Positions 1 through 13,037 of a stretch of 64,000 nucleotides of DNA are shown piece by piece. Numbering within the stretch: position 1 is the first letter of the stretch; each line of letters opens with the position of its first letter. Source of the stretch: Paecilomyces variotii (taxonomy: Eukaryota); assembly GCA_004022145.1 (NCBI GenBank), contig RCNU01000010.1; one strand, written 5' to 3'. The position numbers and the translations under genes are program-made. A model generated the notes under the pieces. That model saw only the letters and a list, made by a program, of their open reading frames with translations. It was not told the DNA's origin and did not search any database.

Positions 1-240
1 AGTCTTAAATAAAAATTATATAATAAAAATTATCTTTTATTAATATTTACTATAGTAAATTACTTACTATAATAAATTTAATTTAATTTATTATAGTAAG
101 GATTTATAGTAGTTTTAACTTACTTAATATCTTAAGATATTTAAAATTAGCACAATCTATTAGTTAAATCTAGGCTACCGCTTACTTATCTCCTTTAGGT
201 ATAGTGTAACTAACTAGTTAGTCTGTGCGTTTTAAATTTC
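1..240. repeat. Very AT-rich, TpA-rich block at the window edge; possible RIP-degenerated repeat or transposon relic
   Basis: Composition contrasts sharply with the genic DNA that follows: abundant TA/TAA/TAG, few CA/TG, no ORF. No element-specific motif recognised. Confidence 0.45.
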
Positions 241-566
241 GGAAGAAAAAAAAAGGGTAAAATGCAGTATTTCATGAAATTAAAAGTAAATTTCTGAAAT
301 TTACCACCCCTACTTAGTAGCTACCGCTTTCCTAGCGGAGCCCCGCATTTAAATTTTCTTAACTTTGACCGCTCTCGGAAAATATTGAACCCCTCTATCT
401 AAAATAGTGAGGACTGCGAAGGAAACATCATTCCCTATTATTGCATTAAGGCAACATCCTCGGCTTCTCTAATCTCCCATACCGTCTGGAGAATAGATTC
501 TCACATCCAGCGCCCGACTTGGAAGGAAAAAGACACTATTTCATCGCCCCTGCGAAGATTCGAAAG

Positions 567-1760
567 ATGACCCTCCAGGCGATCAAGTACGATGGAACAC
601 AGCTGTCGATCTTAGATCAGCTACAGTTGCCGCACAACCTGGAATACATACAGATCCGGTCAGCCGAAGAAGGATGGCATGCGATCAAGGAGATGAAAGT
701 GCGAGGCGCGCCAGCCATCGCTATAGTAGCGGCTCTCTCACTTGCGGTAGAGCTTAAGAGTCTCATGACGCATGGCAAGCTATCGACGAGCGCTGAGGAA
801 GTACAACTTCTTATTCGCGAGAAATTACACTATCTCACAACGAGCAGGCCCACAGCTGTTAACCTGAGTGATGCAGCTCGCAAGCTTGAGGCCCATGTAT
901 CGACAGAGGCCAAGAAAAGCGACTCTACTGGAAACTCTGTGGCGTCAGCCTTTATGGACGCAGCAGCAAAGATGTTGACAGATGATTTAACCGATAATCA
1001 GAACATTGGCAAGTATGGCGCGGATTGGCTCATCCAGAACACGGCTGGAACGGGACAGCAGGAAATAAATGTTCTAACACACTGCAACACTGGGTAAGTG
1101 CTCTATTTAACATCCACAGTTCAGTTGCGCCTAATAAGATCCCATAGCTCGCTTGCAACTTCTGGATATGGGACTGCGCTGGGTGTAATCCGCGCACTCC
1201 ATTCCAAAAAAGTCCTTGGGCGCGCCTACTGTACCGAAACCAGACCATACAACCAAGGATCACGCCTAACAGCGTTCGAATTAGTTCATGATAACATCCC
1301 CTCGACGCTCATAACAGACTCGATGGCCGCGGCCTTACTCTCTAGCAAAGAGAGAAGAGTGTCGGCAATTGTAGTCGGCGCGGATAGAGTAGCCGCTAAT
1401 GGCGACACTGCAAACAAAATCGGCACGTATGGTCTTGCAGTCCTTGCTAGGCATCATGGCCTGAAATTCCTAGTCGCAGCACCTCGCACAACAATTGACC
1501 TGCAGACGAAATCGGGTGAGGACATCATCATTGAAGAGCGTCCTGCTGCAGAGGTGACTCGGATCAAGGGGGCGCGAGAAGGATACGAGGGGAATGACTC
1601 GATCGCAACAATACGTGTTGCTGCGCCCGGTATCGATGTGTGGAATCCTGCATTTGACGTCACGCCCTCTGCCTTGATCGATGGAATTATAACCGAGGTC
1701 GGTGTTGTGGAGAGAGGCGCGGATGGATCCTTTGATTTCGAGCGCATTTTTCAAAACTGA
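567..1760 (+). CDS. MRI1: Methylthioribose-1-phosphate isomerase (methionine salvage, eIF2B-alpha/beta/delta family); 2 exons: 567-1093, 1148-1760
   Basis: Motifs [26 protein letters not shown] (joined across a GTAAGT..CTAAT..TAG intron), [36 protein letters not shown]. Confidence 0.96.
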
Positions 1761-1776
1761 AAACACTCCGTGACCA

Positions 1777-2179
1777 TTATCGAGGCTGACTGCTATGATC
1801 TTGGCTGCCATCAATGCTGTTTCTGTTTCCCCCCGTTTCCTTGCTGGACTGCCCCTGCGGCTTGCTCATTACGTTGTCTCTTTGTTCAACGGTTGCTAGG
1901 AGCTCTTCGATTCGGGATTCTAGATCTGTCAGATGTTGTTCTAGCGCTGCAGCTCGGATCTCGCCACTATTGTAGATAGATTAGGCGTTGCACGTATAGA
2001 CGTTTATAGACACAGGCTTACTCTGCCAGTTCTCTGAAGGCCTACAAGCAGTTAGTAACATGTGCATAGTATATCTGTGAAAGACCACTCGAGAACGAGG
2101 GCCTCAGCCGAGATGGTGACTGCGGTGTAGAGCTTACCTGCCCAAGATCAACATCCTTATCTTCTTCGGTTCGCGCCAT
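1777..2179 (-). CDS. Small (83 aa) uncharacterised coiled-coil protein; 3 exons: 2179-2138, 2041-2022, 1966-1777
   Basis: Manual splice with GTAAGC donors, CTAAC/CTAAT branch sites and TAG acceptors keeps the frame: MARTEEDKDVDLGQAFRELADGEIRAAALEQHLTDLESRIEELLATVEQRDN...SSQPR*. Confidence 0.8.
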
Positions 2180-2952
2180 CGCTCAAGTCTATTCAGCGCT
2201 ATCCTCAAGAGTATATACCTCAAGTGTGTGTAGGGTGACTTTTGCCCGGCGAAGCAATATCGAGGGTTGCAGGGTAATAATTAAGAAGCCGAGATTCCCT
2301 ATTATGTATTACGAAGATATGCCAAGTATCTTAGTTCAGCTAACAAGTGACGCTTAACTATATATAGCTTAGTAGAAATGTTTATGGTAGGAGGAAATGA
2401 ACAACAGGAACCATAAGGATAACATCACTAATATACCGTATTGTAATTTTAATGTGAGCTACTACTACTATTATCATTAAGATTTATATTTTATATTTTT
2501 ATAAATAGCAAGCAATTAAATGTTATCTGAAGTTAATTGTCTAATTCAAGCAATGCATAAGTTAAGTAGGCCTCCCCGGATAAAATCGTAGTTAAAGAGA
2601 TAGTAATAACTAAGTTAGTGGGTTACCCTTAAGTACTTAGCTGCTGGAGCTAACTATCACTGAATGAACACCTGGTAATAACTGATGTCTTAAAGATAAA
2701 GTAAGAGCTTTCCCAGAAAGAGGCCACTTATTATTATTATCTTCGAGAAGACAATAAGGCAAAGCGCCGAAGGTATTAGTCCTTTTCAAATAATTTCCGC
2801 AACGTGGCCTTTTTTCGATCCTCGACACCGCGGCTAAATCGTCATAAATAAAGGCGCACGCGGTCCATCATCGGAGAGGACAACTACACATCACAAGCTT
2901 CCTTGCCAGATCGCCGTGTAGGCCTTGCGCGCACGTCTAGCTGCTCGAAAAC

Positions 2953-3313
2953 ATGGTATGTATAATCTCTTCCACGACAAAGCATCAATTATTCGAAAGA
3001 CTGACATTCTGCCTATCTAGGCTCAAACTCCCCAGCAACGACGAGCTAACGAGAAGTACGCGAAACAAGAGGCGGCCAAGCGTGGAAAGCCGGTGAGCGC
3101 GGTCAAGCAGAAGCAGAAGCCTAAGACTCCCGTATCTACAGGCTGGATAGGTTCGTCCTTCTCGAGAATGAGCACAGGAGATAAGAGAAGACTAACGAGC
3201 TTGAAGTGGTGCTTGCTTTTGTAGTATGCGGAGGTGTGATTTTTGAACTCCTCAGGGTCGTCCCCGAGATCTGGTCCGTTGTCGCGTCATCATTCGGTCG
3301 CTGGCTGGGCTAG
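2953..3313 (+). CDS. YSY6: RAMP4/SERP1/Ysy6-family ribosome-associated ER membrane protein (79 aa); exons 2953-2955, 3021-3150, 3207-3313
   Basis: Spliced product MAQTPQQRRANEKYAKQEAAKRGK...TPVSTGWIVVLAFVVCGGVIFELLR...; QTPxQRxANxK and the tail-anchor FVVxGGxxFE are RAMP4 signatures. Confidence 0.9.
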
Positions 3314-3724
3314 TTCAACCATCGGATGGCTTCGACGAAACCGACTCTTTTACATTTTTCGAATAGAGGATCAGAATTAGTCGCTTATGGAGCACATTGG
3401 CAGGCTGGCGCGCCCGCGGCCAGCCCGGTATATTAGGGGCCTGTCCTGTTGATCGCCCCCGGGCAAAAACATCTTTTGAGGAACGGCGACTGATACCACT
3501 TTGCATTTATTCTTGTCTGTCTTAATACATGAACGGGGAGTGCTATTTTTTCTATGAATTCTGTACGGGTAATCATTGTACGCGCGAATTAAGCCAGTTT
3601 ATTATGCGGTTTGGTACTGAGATCAATCGACATGTAGATCTCTCCAATATTACATCCTATATGTTTTATCGAATGAAATTTACAATAGTATGGTCTAGTC
3701 GCTAATCAAACGGAGATATGGCCT

Positions 3725-6700
3725 CTATCCCTCATGAGCTCCCTCGCTCGCAGCCGCGGGCGCCACCTTCTTTTTCTTTTTGGTCTTCTTCGTGCGCGTG
3801 GGGTTGGCAGATTCTTCATAACCTTTCTCTTGGAGCTCCGCACCATGCTGTTGATCATCCGCTTTGATCGACTTCTTTTTCTTCTTCTTTTTGACCAGCG
3901 CGCCCTCCGCTGGAACGCCTTGTGCATGGATGCGTTCCGATGCCCTTTGCATCTCCAGACGGAGCCTTTCGACTTCCTGCATTGCTCTTGCCATTTCCTT
4001 GTCTTCAGCCTCTTTGCGCAGTATGTTCTGGGCCACATCAGGCACTAGTTGAGTCTTATCTTCGAGCGACAGGCTTCCAAGACCACTTGAATCGACCTGT
4101 AGTAAAGACCGCTTAGCTTTATTAGTTTCGCTGCTTTCGCTAGCACCACCTAAGGATGGATCATCAGGTCCGATAGTTTCGTCTGTGATCACCTCGACTC
4201 TTGCGTGTCTTGGACCAGATTTCCGCCCAAGACCCTCAGGTGGAAGGCTGGACCGTAATTTGTCTATATCCTCGATGGCCAGATCAACAACGGGTATGGT
4301 ATTGACGTCCAGAAAACTGCCACTTGAAGTGTCGTAGACATTGTGTGAGATAAATGGTGTCTCTGATGATCCGTTTCCAGCTCCGATATAGAAAGGGTCA
4401 TCCTGGTAGCGTTCTCTGCGCTCTGCCCTTCTCCTTTCCAACCCGGCGGGGTCCTTGAGCAGATTCTCCGAGGCATCTTGGTATGATATTGGCTGGTATA
4501 TATCGTCGTGCATCAACTCATCGGATTTGGTCGACAATGAGACATCTTGGTAATAGAAATCGTGGAATCTCTTTTCACTGTCTAGATGAAGTGAGAGATT
4601 ACTGGATTCGCTGAGAATCATATAGAGTCTGGGGTTGAAGGGTTCGTATAGATCAAGGTTTTCGGGCACAGGAACCTTTCGCTGGGCATTTGCGGCGACC
4701 GGGTTCAGCTCAAGACCAGAGAACAGTCCGGAGAATGCGCGAGATATGAAAAGAGGCACTTCCTCGGTTTCCGCGCTTTGTGAATGCACAGCCTCTGTTG
4801 TGAGTCGCAGGAGCTCGAGAAATTCAGAAGCCCGTTCTTGCACGTCCAGATCAGGGTGTGTGGTTAACAACTCTAGAAAACTGACAATGCGTGCCAACAG
4901 AAGTGATACCTCGCTTCGACGGGCGCTGTTCCATTGTTTGGTATCATGTGACAAGGAAAGGAACAAGAATAGCTTGGGGATGGCCTGAAGATAGAGTGAT
5001 AATATCCTCGCAGGTAGCGATATGTTAGATGAGTCAATGAGAGAAGTGAGTGTCCGGTCAGGGAAAGCGAGGCAGTTCGCATACTCCCCGACTACCCATG
5101 CGCAAGGACCGAGCACACCGAGGCCGACAGTGGAGGCCGTCGGAAACAAACTTGTCCTATTGTCAGATAGGACAAGTGCTTCTGCTGCTTTTGCTGCGTG
5201 CCACCGAGCACTCTTCACGCGGACGGCAACATTCCGGATTTCCTCTCCAATTCGTGACGCAATCCCCGGTCTGGCGTCTTGTGCTGACGCCGTATGAGCA
5301 CTTCCTGGAACGTAGTGATTATCGTATGTGTCCCCAGGCGGTATAAGTTTCACTAGCTGCACCAGTACGTTGATATACCACTCGAAATCGAGCACTTCTG
5401 AGTAGTTGTCGCGGGAACATATGTCCAAAATTCGACTTAGGACTTCATTCCGATAATCATTAGGTAGGGAGGGAATAGTGTTGGCTTTCGAATCATGCCG
5501 TCCGGAATCAGAATCGTCACTTCCAGCAGACGGCTTGATTTCTTTTGCAACCTTGGGTTTGATTGAAAGATCCTGGGTTGCAATGGGGGAACTTCGCAAC
5601 TGAACGATCAAACGGTTCACGACCGACTGCAAGCTCTCGCTAGAAACCATTTTCACAGCAAGCTCAAGAGCTTGAAGTCTGATGGATATATCCGGATCGT
5701 CAAGACAGTCCAGAATCACATCCTGCTCCATCGCAACCAACGCAGGGTGCGAAATTGCAACCCGGTTAAAAGCGAGAAGAGCAACATATTTCACTGCAAG
5801 CGCTTTTAGTATAGGACGATAAATCTTGGGAACTACAGAACTTACGGTTTGGGTCCGTGTCCATGACAATCATAGCCCTTAGCTTTCCCACACATAGCCC
5901 GGCAATCTCGTCTCTTTCTCCAATGTCTCCGGTGCCGTCCAGTATACCACCTTGGATTACACCGTTGATACATTCGTAAAGCAGTGACATGGCCGTAGTC
6001 GTCTGTATTATCTTCGTCAAAGGCCGAAGAAGTTTGCGGATTAACCGTGGTTCCAGGGGAGTGAGGGTTGCAAACTAAAGTACCGACGATCAGCAAAGCA
6101 CCTACGTGGGGTAGGCAAGAAGGATACATACAAGCTTTATTATCTTGATAGCCATCCAGTTGTTTCCTCCATCAACGAGTAATTCAAAGAACCTCGGGGC
6201 AAGGGGCAGAAAGTCATGTGGTCGCCTCCATCCCAATTCACATACAACGTTGATTATCGCAGCTGTTACACTGCTGTCTTCTTGATCATCCAGTAAGCGG
6301 TCTTTGATCTTCGGCCATGCAACTCGAAGTGTTTCCGGATAGACCAAAGCAAGCCTGTAAAGACAAACAACGGCCTTTTTCCGGACCACAGCATATGAAT
6401 GCGAAAGGCGAGGCAAGACATCAGAAAGTAAAGATAATGCAAGTGAAGGCGTGATGATATGCGGCAACGTCACAAGTGGTAAAGACATATTTGGTATGTC
6501 AGACGACACAATATCCTGCATCAAAGTCAGATCATGATGCCGCTGCAAAGGTGGACAATTTTCATACCTTTTTCAACAAATTTGTCGCGAGCATGAGCAC
6601 CTCCGTATCTGGGCGGAAGCTCTGTACGGCACCAAGATAACCAACTCTCTTCTGCATATATTTGGAGGACGACATAACCTCGAGCACATGGAAGGCTGCC

Positions 6701-7063
6701 CAGGACATATCATAGCCGAACATCTCGAGGTATATAAGTTTCAATAAAGCAGTAGCCTTTTTATCTTCATGATATCAGCTCCTGATCTCTCACTGGACGA
6801 AAGGCAATGGTATGATGCAAGGTAGGGTACGAAAGCACGAAGTTGTAGGAGACGGAGGGGTCGCGGGGGAGGGAGTTGCGAACCCATGTCTTGCGATTTT
6901 ATTTCGATTCTGCATTCTCGGAGACTGTCCTGAATGTATTCCACCTCGCTGCCTTTATGATTCCGCAGACCTCTGATGAGGTCGTACAGTGATTTCTCGA
7001 ACCTGAATGTACCTGGATATTAGCTATCGATCCTGGATAGACAGAGTATCCAGTTACTGACAT
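3725..7063 (-). CDS. APL5: AP-3 adaptor complex delta subunit, multi-exon
   Basis: MFEKSLYDLIRGLRNH, LIYLEMFGYDMSWAAFHVLEVMSS, QKRVGYL, LMLATNLLKK, NNWMAIKIIKL, DVQERA, ELNPVA, RRERYQDDPFYI; Lys-rich C-terminus. Confidence 0.95.
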
Positions 7064-7772
7064 GATGAGAGATTCGCCGGTAATCCCGCCGACGAAACAG
7101 CACTCTTTTCCGCAGTATTAGACAAAAGGTACGGCTGTATATCGAAGGAGCCTCTAAATCTTGTCATATGCAGGGCGAGTAGTTCCGAGCGAGCAATCCT
7201 CAAGAGATCACGATGGACTCGGAGGGGTAGCCTCCGTCTTTTGTGGTGGCTGCTAAACCACGCATGTGTGGGTGGTTCTCAGGGTTAAAGGATCGTAGCG
7301 GTCGATTTCAAATTGCGCAAAACCACAAACTCCAGTGAGACTTGAGAGCCATATCTCCTCCAGTTGGATTCGCGTCGCAAGCAATCCTGAGCACGAACTA
7401 CCTCCGCCAACTCCGCACTGCATCTGGACCTCCGGACCGTGACTTGGCACTAGACTAGTACTTACTAGGACAGCTTGCCCCGAGTCCAACGCTGGCCTCG
7501 TAATTGATACTGAGTTGATATAAGTGAAACCTACTATTTTCATCCAACAAAAGAGGGAAAACGACCGATAGAGTCCAATTCTGCCTTAAAGAGCTATCCC
7601 TACGCGAATCTCGTCAGAAGACGTCTCTTGCGCTCATTTCTGGTTGGATCATCCGTTCTTAAACCGACAGTCTAGGCATTCTTAGGTATGCGCGTCACCC
7701 TTCTGCAGTACTGATTAGCTGACATCTGCCTATTATATTGTTTCCACAGCTCACTCGCCGGCACAGACTGCG

Positions 7773-8924
7773 ATGGGTTCACAGAATCTCCTGGGTCCAG
7801 CGGATCCCGCTACCAGTCTTCGTTTGTCGCAAGAGGCGCCCGGGTTCTTGAGAAATAATGCGATTTCAAACGGACGATTCCCGTCATTCCTTAAGTCTGA
7901 GAATATGGGAGATTGGATAGCGCACGAACAGCATCTCCTTGCCTGTCTCAGGACAGGAGACGATAAATCCGCTCATATTTTTCTTGACCGGTTGACCGCT
8001 CGCTTTGGCCCTTCCAATGAGAGGGTTATGGGTCTCCGAGGCCTGTATCAAGAGGCTGTTGCAGAGGATGGGAAAGCCCTTGAAGGGGTCCTCCATGAGT
8101 ACGACGAGATTCTCGAGAAGCAACCGGCGAATGTGGTCTGTACCTCGTGTGATTGAATGTTCGCAGTGACATGACTGACTGTGCGACTGGTAGCCCATTC
8201 TAAAACGCCGCATCGCGCTTCTGCGGTCAATGTCTAGAATCTCAGACGCTATATCTGCTCTCGTGGAATTTGTCGAGGCCTTTCCTACGGATGCGGAAGC
8301 CTGGTGCGAACTGGCAGATCTATACCAAAGCCAGGGGATGAGCTCGCAGGCGATATTTTGTGTCGAGGAGGCTCTCCTTATCGCACCTAATGCTTGGAAC
8401 GTGAGCATCCGCGCCTTTATCGCTTGAGTCCTGATCTGCATCTGACTCGAACTCTTTAGCTCCACGCCCTCCTCGGCGAATTGCAGTATATCGCCGCTAT
8501 TTCCACACATGCCGATTCAGAAGAGGACCAACAAAGGCTTCTCGTCAATTCATTCAGGCAATTCTGCAGGAGTGTGGAATTGTGCGATGATTACCTTCGT
8601 GGATTCTATGGAATCAAAGTGGTATGATACCTTTTGGCACTGCATTTTCCCTCCGATATATTGTAATCTGACATGGGCCTTACTGACTCAATTCTTCCGC
8701 CCTAGACGTCTTCATACCTGCTAGACCACTATTTGCAAAAACCAGACAATAAATCCGGGAAAGGCAATGATAAGAGCCTGTCGAAGGATGTGGTTGAAAG
8801 ACTCAATATTCTGGCAACGAAGAAGCTTACGGATGCTGTAGAGAAGCGCCAATTGGACATTCAAGGGCCAGGGCCTGGTCAAAGCGAACTTGCAGCAGTC
8901 CAGGAGCTTCTGAAGCATCATTGA
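7773..8924 (+). CDS. EMC2: TPR protein, ER membrane complex subunit 2 (EMC2/Oca3-like); about 4 coding exons plus a 5'UTR intron at 7686-7749
   Basis: EQHLLACLRTGDD, RFGPSNERVMGLRGLYQEA, KRRIALLRS, FPTDAEAWCELADLY, FCVEEALLIAPN, FCRSVELCDDYLRGFYG. Confidence 0.88.
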
Positions 8925-10176
8925 ATCCGTGGGCCTCTACAGCCCGACCACGATGTTTCCTTTCCTTTTTTCCCTACGTGCCTGGTGATGTCTCTGTAAC
9001 ATAATTATTGCGTTCTGAGTAGCATGTAGGTGCTATTAATACACTGCACCAACTTCCCATTCGCGGGATGGCGCACAGACTGACTGTCTGTATAGGTGAT
9101 CTAGTTGTCTGCTCGGCTAAGGCACTAACTAAGTATCGTCCTGGTTGTGCCTGATCCAGGTACCCTGTTTTTCATTGGACTGTATATGATACCACCTCGA
9201 TCAGAAATAATATTAGCAATACTATACTGCTCATAATCGAGTAGTAATTAACTGTTAGAATTATTACTGCTATTATTGTGTTCCAGTACGCCACATACTA
9301 TAGATACCTAGATAGCCAATACATACTCAGTCTACTATGATCTGGAAGGGCGGTGAAGCGCGATGGAGGGGGGACTTGATTTCCGAGAATTCCCCTCCAC
9401 AAGTTCGTTCGCGACGATAGACAAGTTGACTTAACTTAATTCCTTGGTCTAGAGATGGCGAGAAGACCAGATTAATAGGTATTATTGTCACTCTATAGGT
9501 TGGAGTTCCCGGATCTTCGATCCCATTCTTTCTCTGCGCATTCCCGCATTGGCGTGGGATTGTTATTGGGCGTTTGGGCACCAAAAGACGGTTTGGATGT
9601 TGATAGTTTGCCAGCTCAAAATGCATGAGGCCCTTTCCCCCTCGCAGCCTCACCATGCCCAACTCCGCCACCAGGTCGCTTGTTGATTCCCTGCCCTGAA
9701 TTAATGTAATTATTCCCATATTCCATCACTCTGTCCGGCACACACACATTCCTCTTCGTCGCTCCTCACAACACTCCCATCAGACCTCAACGCCATTGAA
9801 TCCTCTCCACATCTCTCTCTCTGTGTGTTCGCAGCAGTCTCTCCGATAACCCCTCCCCTCGAATGCACGCACAAATCCCCACTGTCCTCGAATGCTCACC
9901 ATGAGAATCCGACTCTTCATGCTGTGACTTGCAACCTCAACTTGATTCCAGCCATTGAACTGTATGGACCACCTCTACCCCGGTAGTACAAGTGTATCCC
10001 AATTACCCGCGATAGGGAACCATCATTTCGAGCACTGGAGGCTGATCCTCTCCGTATGTTTACAGAGCAATAAGCGCGTTTATTGAAACCGTCAACCGTC
10101 TTGGACGTTATCCGGCCTAAGGATCCTCGTCCGCTAGAGGACTCACTCTGAAGAGGGCGACTTCCAACAAATCTCT

Positions 10177-12359
10177 ATGACGTGCGTTCTTTCAATCCCG
10201 TCAGCATAGATAATCGCAGCGAGAGAGCTCTCTGCTGATGAACATCTTTGGGTCAACAGGTTCAACATCACCATTGATCACTCCAGTCCGCACGACTCGG
10301 ATCGCTCATCCTTGTCTGACGAAGAGGACTCGTCGGGCGTACAGGTCTCCCCTCCATCCATAGCAGGAAGCCATGATTACCACGACCCGTACGATGATGG
10401 GGGCGAATGGGCGCATCTACCGTATCCTGACGAACTGAAGCCGTCCGACTCCGCATCTCGGCCCAGGACTCATGCGTTCCATGGATCGCGTTCAGCCTCC
10501 CGTCGCCGCATCCCCAGACGACGAGACGTCATGCATGAACGAGAGAGTTACTCTCGTCGTACGCGACGACACCATTCACCACCACCGCCGGCCTCTCCTG
10601 AAAGTAGTGATTCCGCTGATGAATACGAGGGGGGGTATGCGCATGCGCCTCAGGACCGCCGATATTGGCCGCCCGTGGCGCATGCCCCTCCCACAGGGTA
10701 CGCACATAGTACTTCGTCGGGACCTTCATATAATCCCTATAACCAGGGCGCTGTACCACATGGCGCATTACCACATGGCGCATTTCCATATCCCGGCGGG
10801 CCTCATCCGCCACCTGCATCCGATCAATTGGTGAGGCTAGGTCATCTCGGAGGCCATCCGCCGCAATACGCCGGTTCCCCTCCATATGGATATGGTTCCC
10901 AGTTTCCCCATGTTCACAGTCCTCCCACCGTGTCGCCTTATTTTGGCCATGAGCACCATGCCGACTACCTTGGACACCACGTGCATCGCCCTCCTCCTCC
11001 TCATTCTCATCACTCTCATCACCAGGCAGCTCACCCCCGCGGTCGACGCCGTGCTCATAGCCCACCGGAACACGCCATGTCGCATACAGTCCCACCGCCC
11101 GCTGCTGCACCATACGGGGCGCCTCCTTTTGGCCCATCCGACATGGTGCCATACGGACATCCTGGCTATCTCCAATATAATAATCCATACCAGGTAGTCC
11201 CAGGAATGCCGCCGCCGCCGTATTTCAATCCTTACCCCCGTGTTTCTCCACCACCGCGCGCGGCGACCACCCCGTCGGCAACATCGGAGGCAGATACGGC
11301 AAAGGATGAAGCAATTGCTAGACTCGAGAAACTCATTCTCGACGAGCGATTAGAGAGAGAAGCCAGAGAAGCTGCCCGCCAAGAAGCTATCGAGAGAGAG
11401 GCGGCTGAACGAGCTGCCAGGGAGGAGCGAGCGGCTGCTGAGAAGAAGATTGCTGATGAGGCTGCTGCAAAGGCTGCTGCTGAAGCAAAGGCGGAAGCAG
11501 AAAAGAAGGCTGCGGAGGAGGCTGAAAAGGCGAAGAAAGCGGCCGAGGAGGCAGCCGCGGCGGCGGCGGCAGAAGCAGCAGCAGCAGCTACAGAAGCAGC
11601 CAATGCAGCGGCAGAAGAGAGAATTGCTGCTGCTGCTGCCGCTGCCAGCGCCGCAGCAAATCAACCTCCGCCGGAGAAGAAAAAGCCCATAAAATTTAAG
11701 GATGCAGTTGGTCGGAAATTCAGCTTTCCTTTCCACCTTTGCTGCACCTGGCAGGTAAGATTCTCTACAGCATGAGCCGTTTGTGACTTGAAGGGACTGT
11801 TACTTACTATCGTCCGTCCGTCAGGGAATGGAAGAGCTCATACGGCAGGCATTCCTCCATGTCGAGGTGATCGGACCACATGTCGCTGAAGGGCATTACG
11901 ACCTAGTAGGGCCGAACGGTGATATAATTCTCCCACAGGTCTGGGAGACTGTAGTTGAGCCAGACTGGACAATCACCATGCATATGTGGCCGATACCCGA
12001 AAAACCAAAAACTCCAGAGCCTCCACCACCACCTCCCCCTCCCCCTCCGCCCGAGCCTGTCGCGGATGATAATGCCATAGTCACCGTTGTGGAGGAGCCA
12101 AAGAAGGCGGAATCAACAGGTATGATAGAGACTTCCCGAATTCTCTCTGTCGTCGGCTTCCATTCTGCGCGCTGTTTCTGTGTCGCATTGCTCCATCTGG
12201 CGTTGTCGTGGAATTTCTAACCGATGTCCTGCTTTAGGCCCTAAGAAACAACGTGTGAAAGCCCCTGATCCAGGCGCATTCGCTATGTGGATGGTTGGTG
12301 GTAGTCGGGCGAGGGCTATCAAGTCTTTAAAAGCGGCAAAAAAGCCTGAAGTACTTTGA
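10177..12359 (+). CDS. Pro/His-rich protein with an E/A/K/R helical region and a C-terminal fungal ubiquitin-like domain; exons about 10177-10181, 10260-11754, 11825-12119, 12238-12359
   Basis: Conserved fungal block PIKFKDAVGRKFSFPFHLCCTWQGMEELIRQAFLHVEVIGPHVAEGHYDLVGPNGDIILPQVWETVVEPDWTITMHMWP; canonical introns. The start exon (ATG AC|gtgcgt) is inferred. Confidence 0.8.
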
Positions 12360-13037
12360 CATATGATCTCTGCTGTGTTGTAAAACTGCTCCAGCTGCTC
12401 AGGAGAACAGTGTTCAAGGCTGTGGTGGAGGCTGCTGGGTAGTTGTCAGTTGTCAGTTGCAAGGCAGCGAACCCCCCTCACTCATTGTTGATGCAAGATT
12501 TTGGCCTCTTTCAGCAGCCCCTGAGGAGCAGATCGCTGTCAAAAGATCCTGTTCAGCTGGTGGTTTTCATACCATCTACTTGACGTGATGTACTTCAGGG
12601 GGGGCATGGCTTTTCCTCTTGGTTTAACCGAGATTGGTTTCTCGTGCCTTTTTTCTAATGTTTTGTTGGGGAGGATGGATGTCGTTGCATTCTTTGTTTA
12701 CGTTACGCCAATCACGAACTGCTTGTTGTATCATACCCGGAAGCGCTCTAGATGCTGTTATGAGATCGGCCGAAGAAAATATAGTTATAGTTTTCTATTT
12801 ACCAATTTCTCCTACGATATGTTACTATACTGATCAGGGTGCACTGCTTGTATTGTGGAGGAAATACGACAGGCTGACACTGGGCCTCTTATTTTCTTTT
12901 TTATTTCACCGCATGGATTACTTCTCCCTACTGGTAACTGACTATATGCGGTTCAACGCGCTCGGAAAAAACGGACTATCCCTGATTGATGTGGCCAGCC
13001 ACCCTGTATATATTTATATATGTAATTCGCAACTATT

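Noticed and set aside
10472..11736. Several overlapping antisense or alternate-frame ORFs
   Set aside because: Shadows of GC-rich, low-complexity coding sequence.
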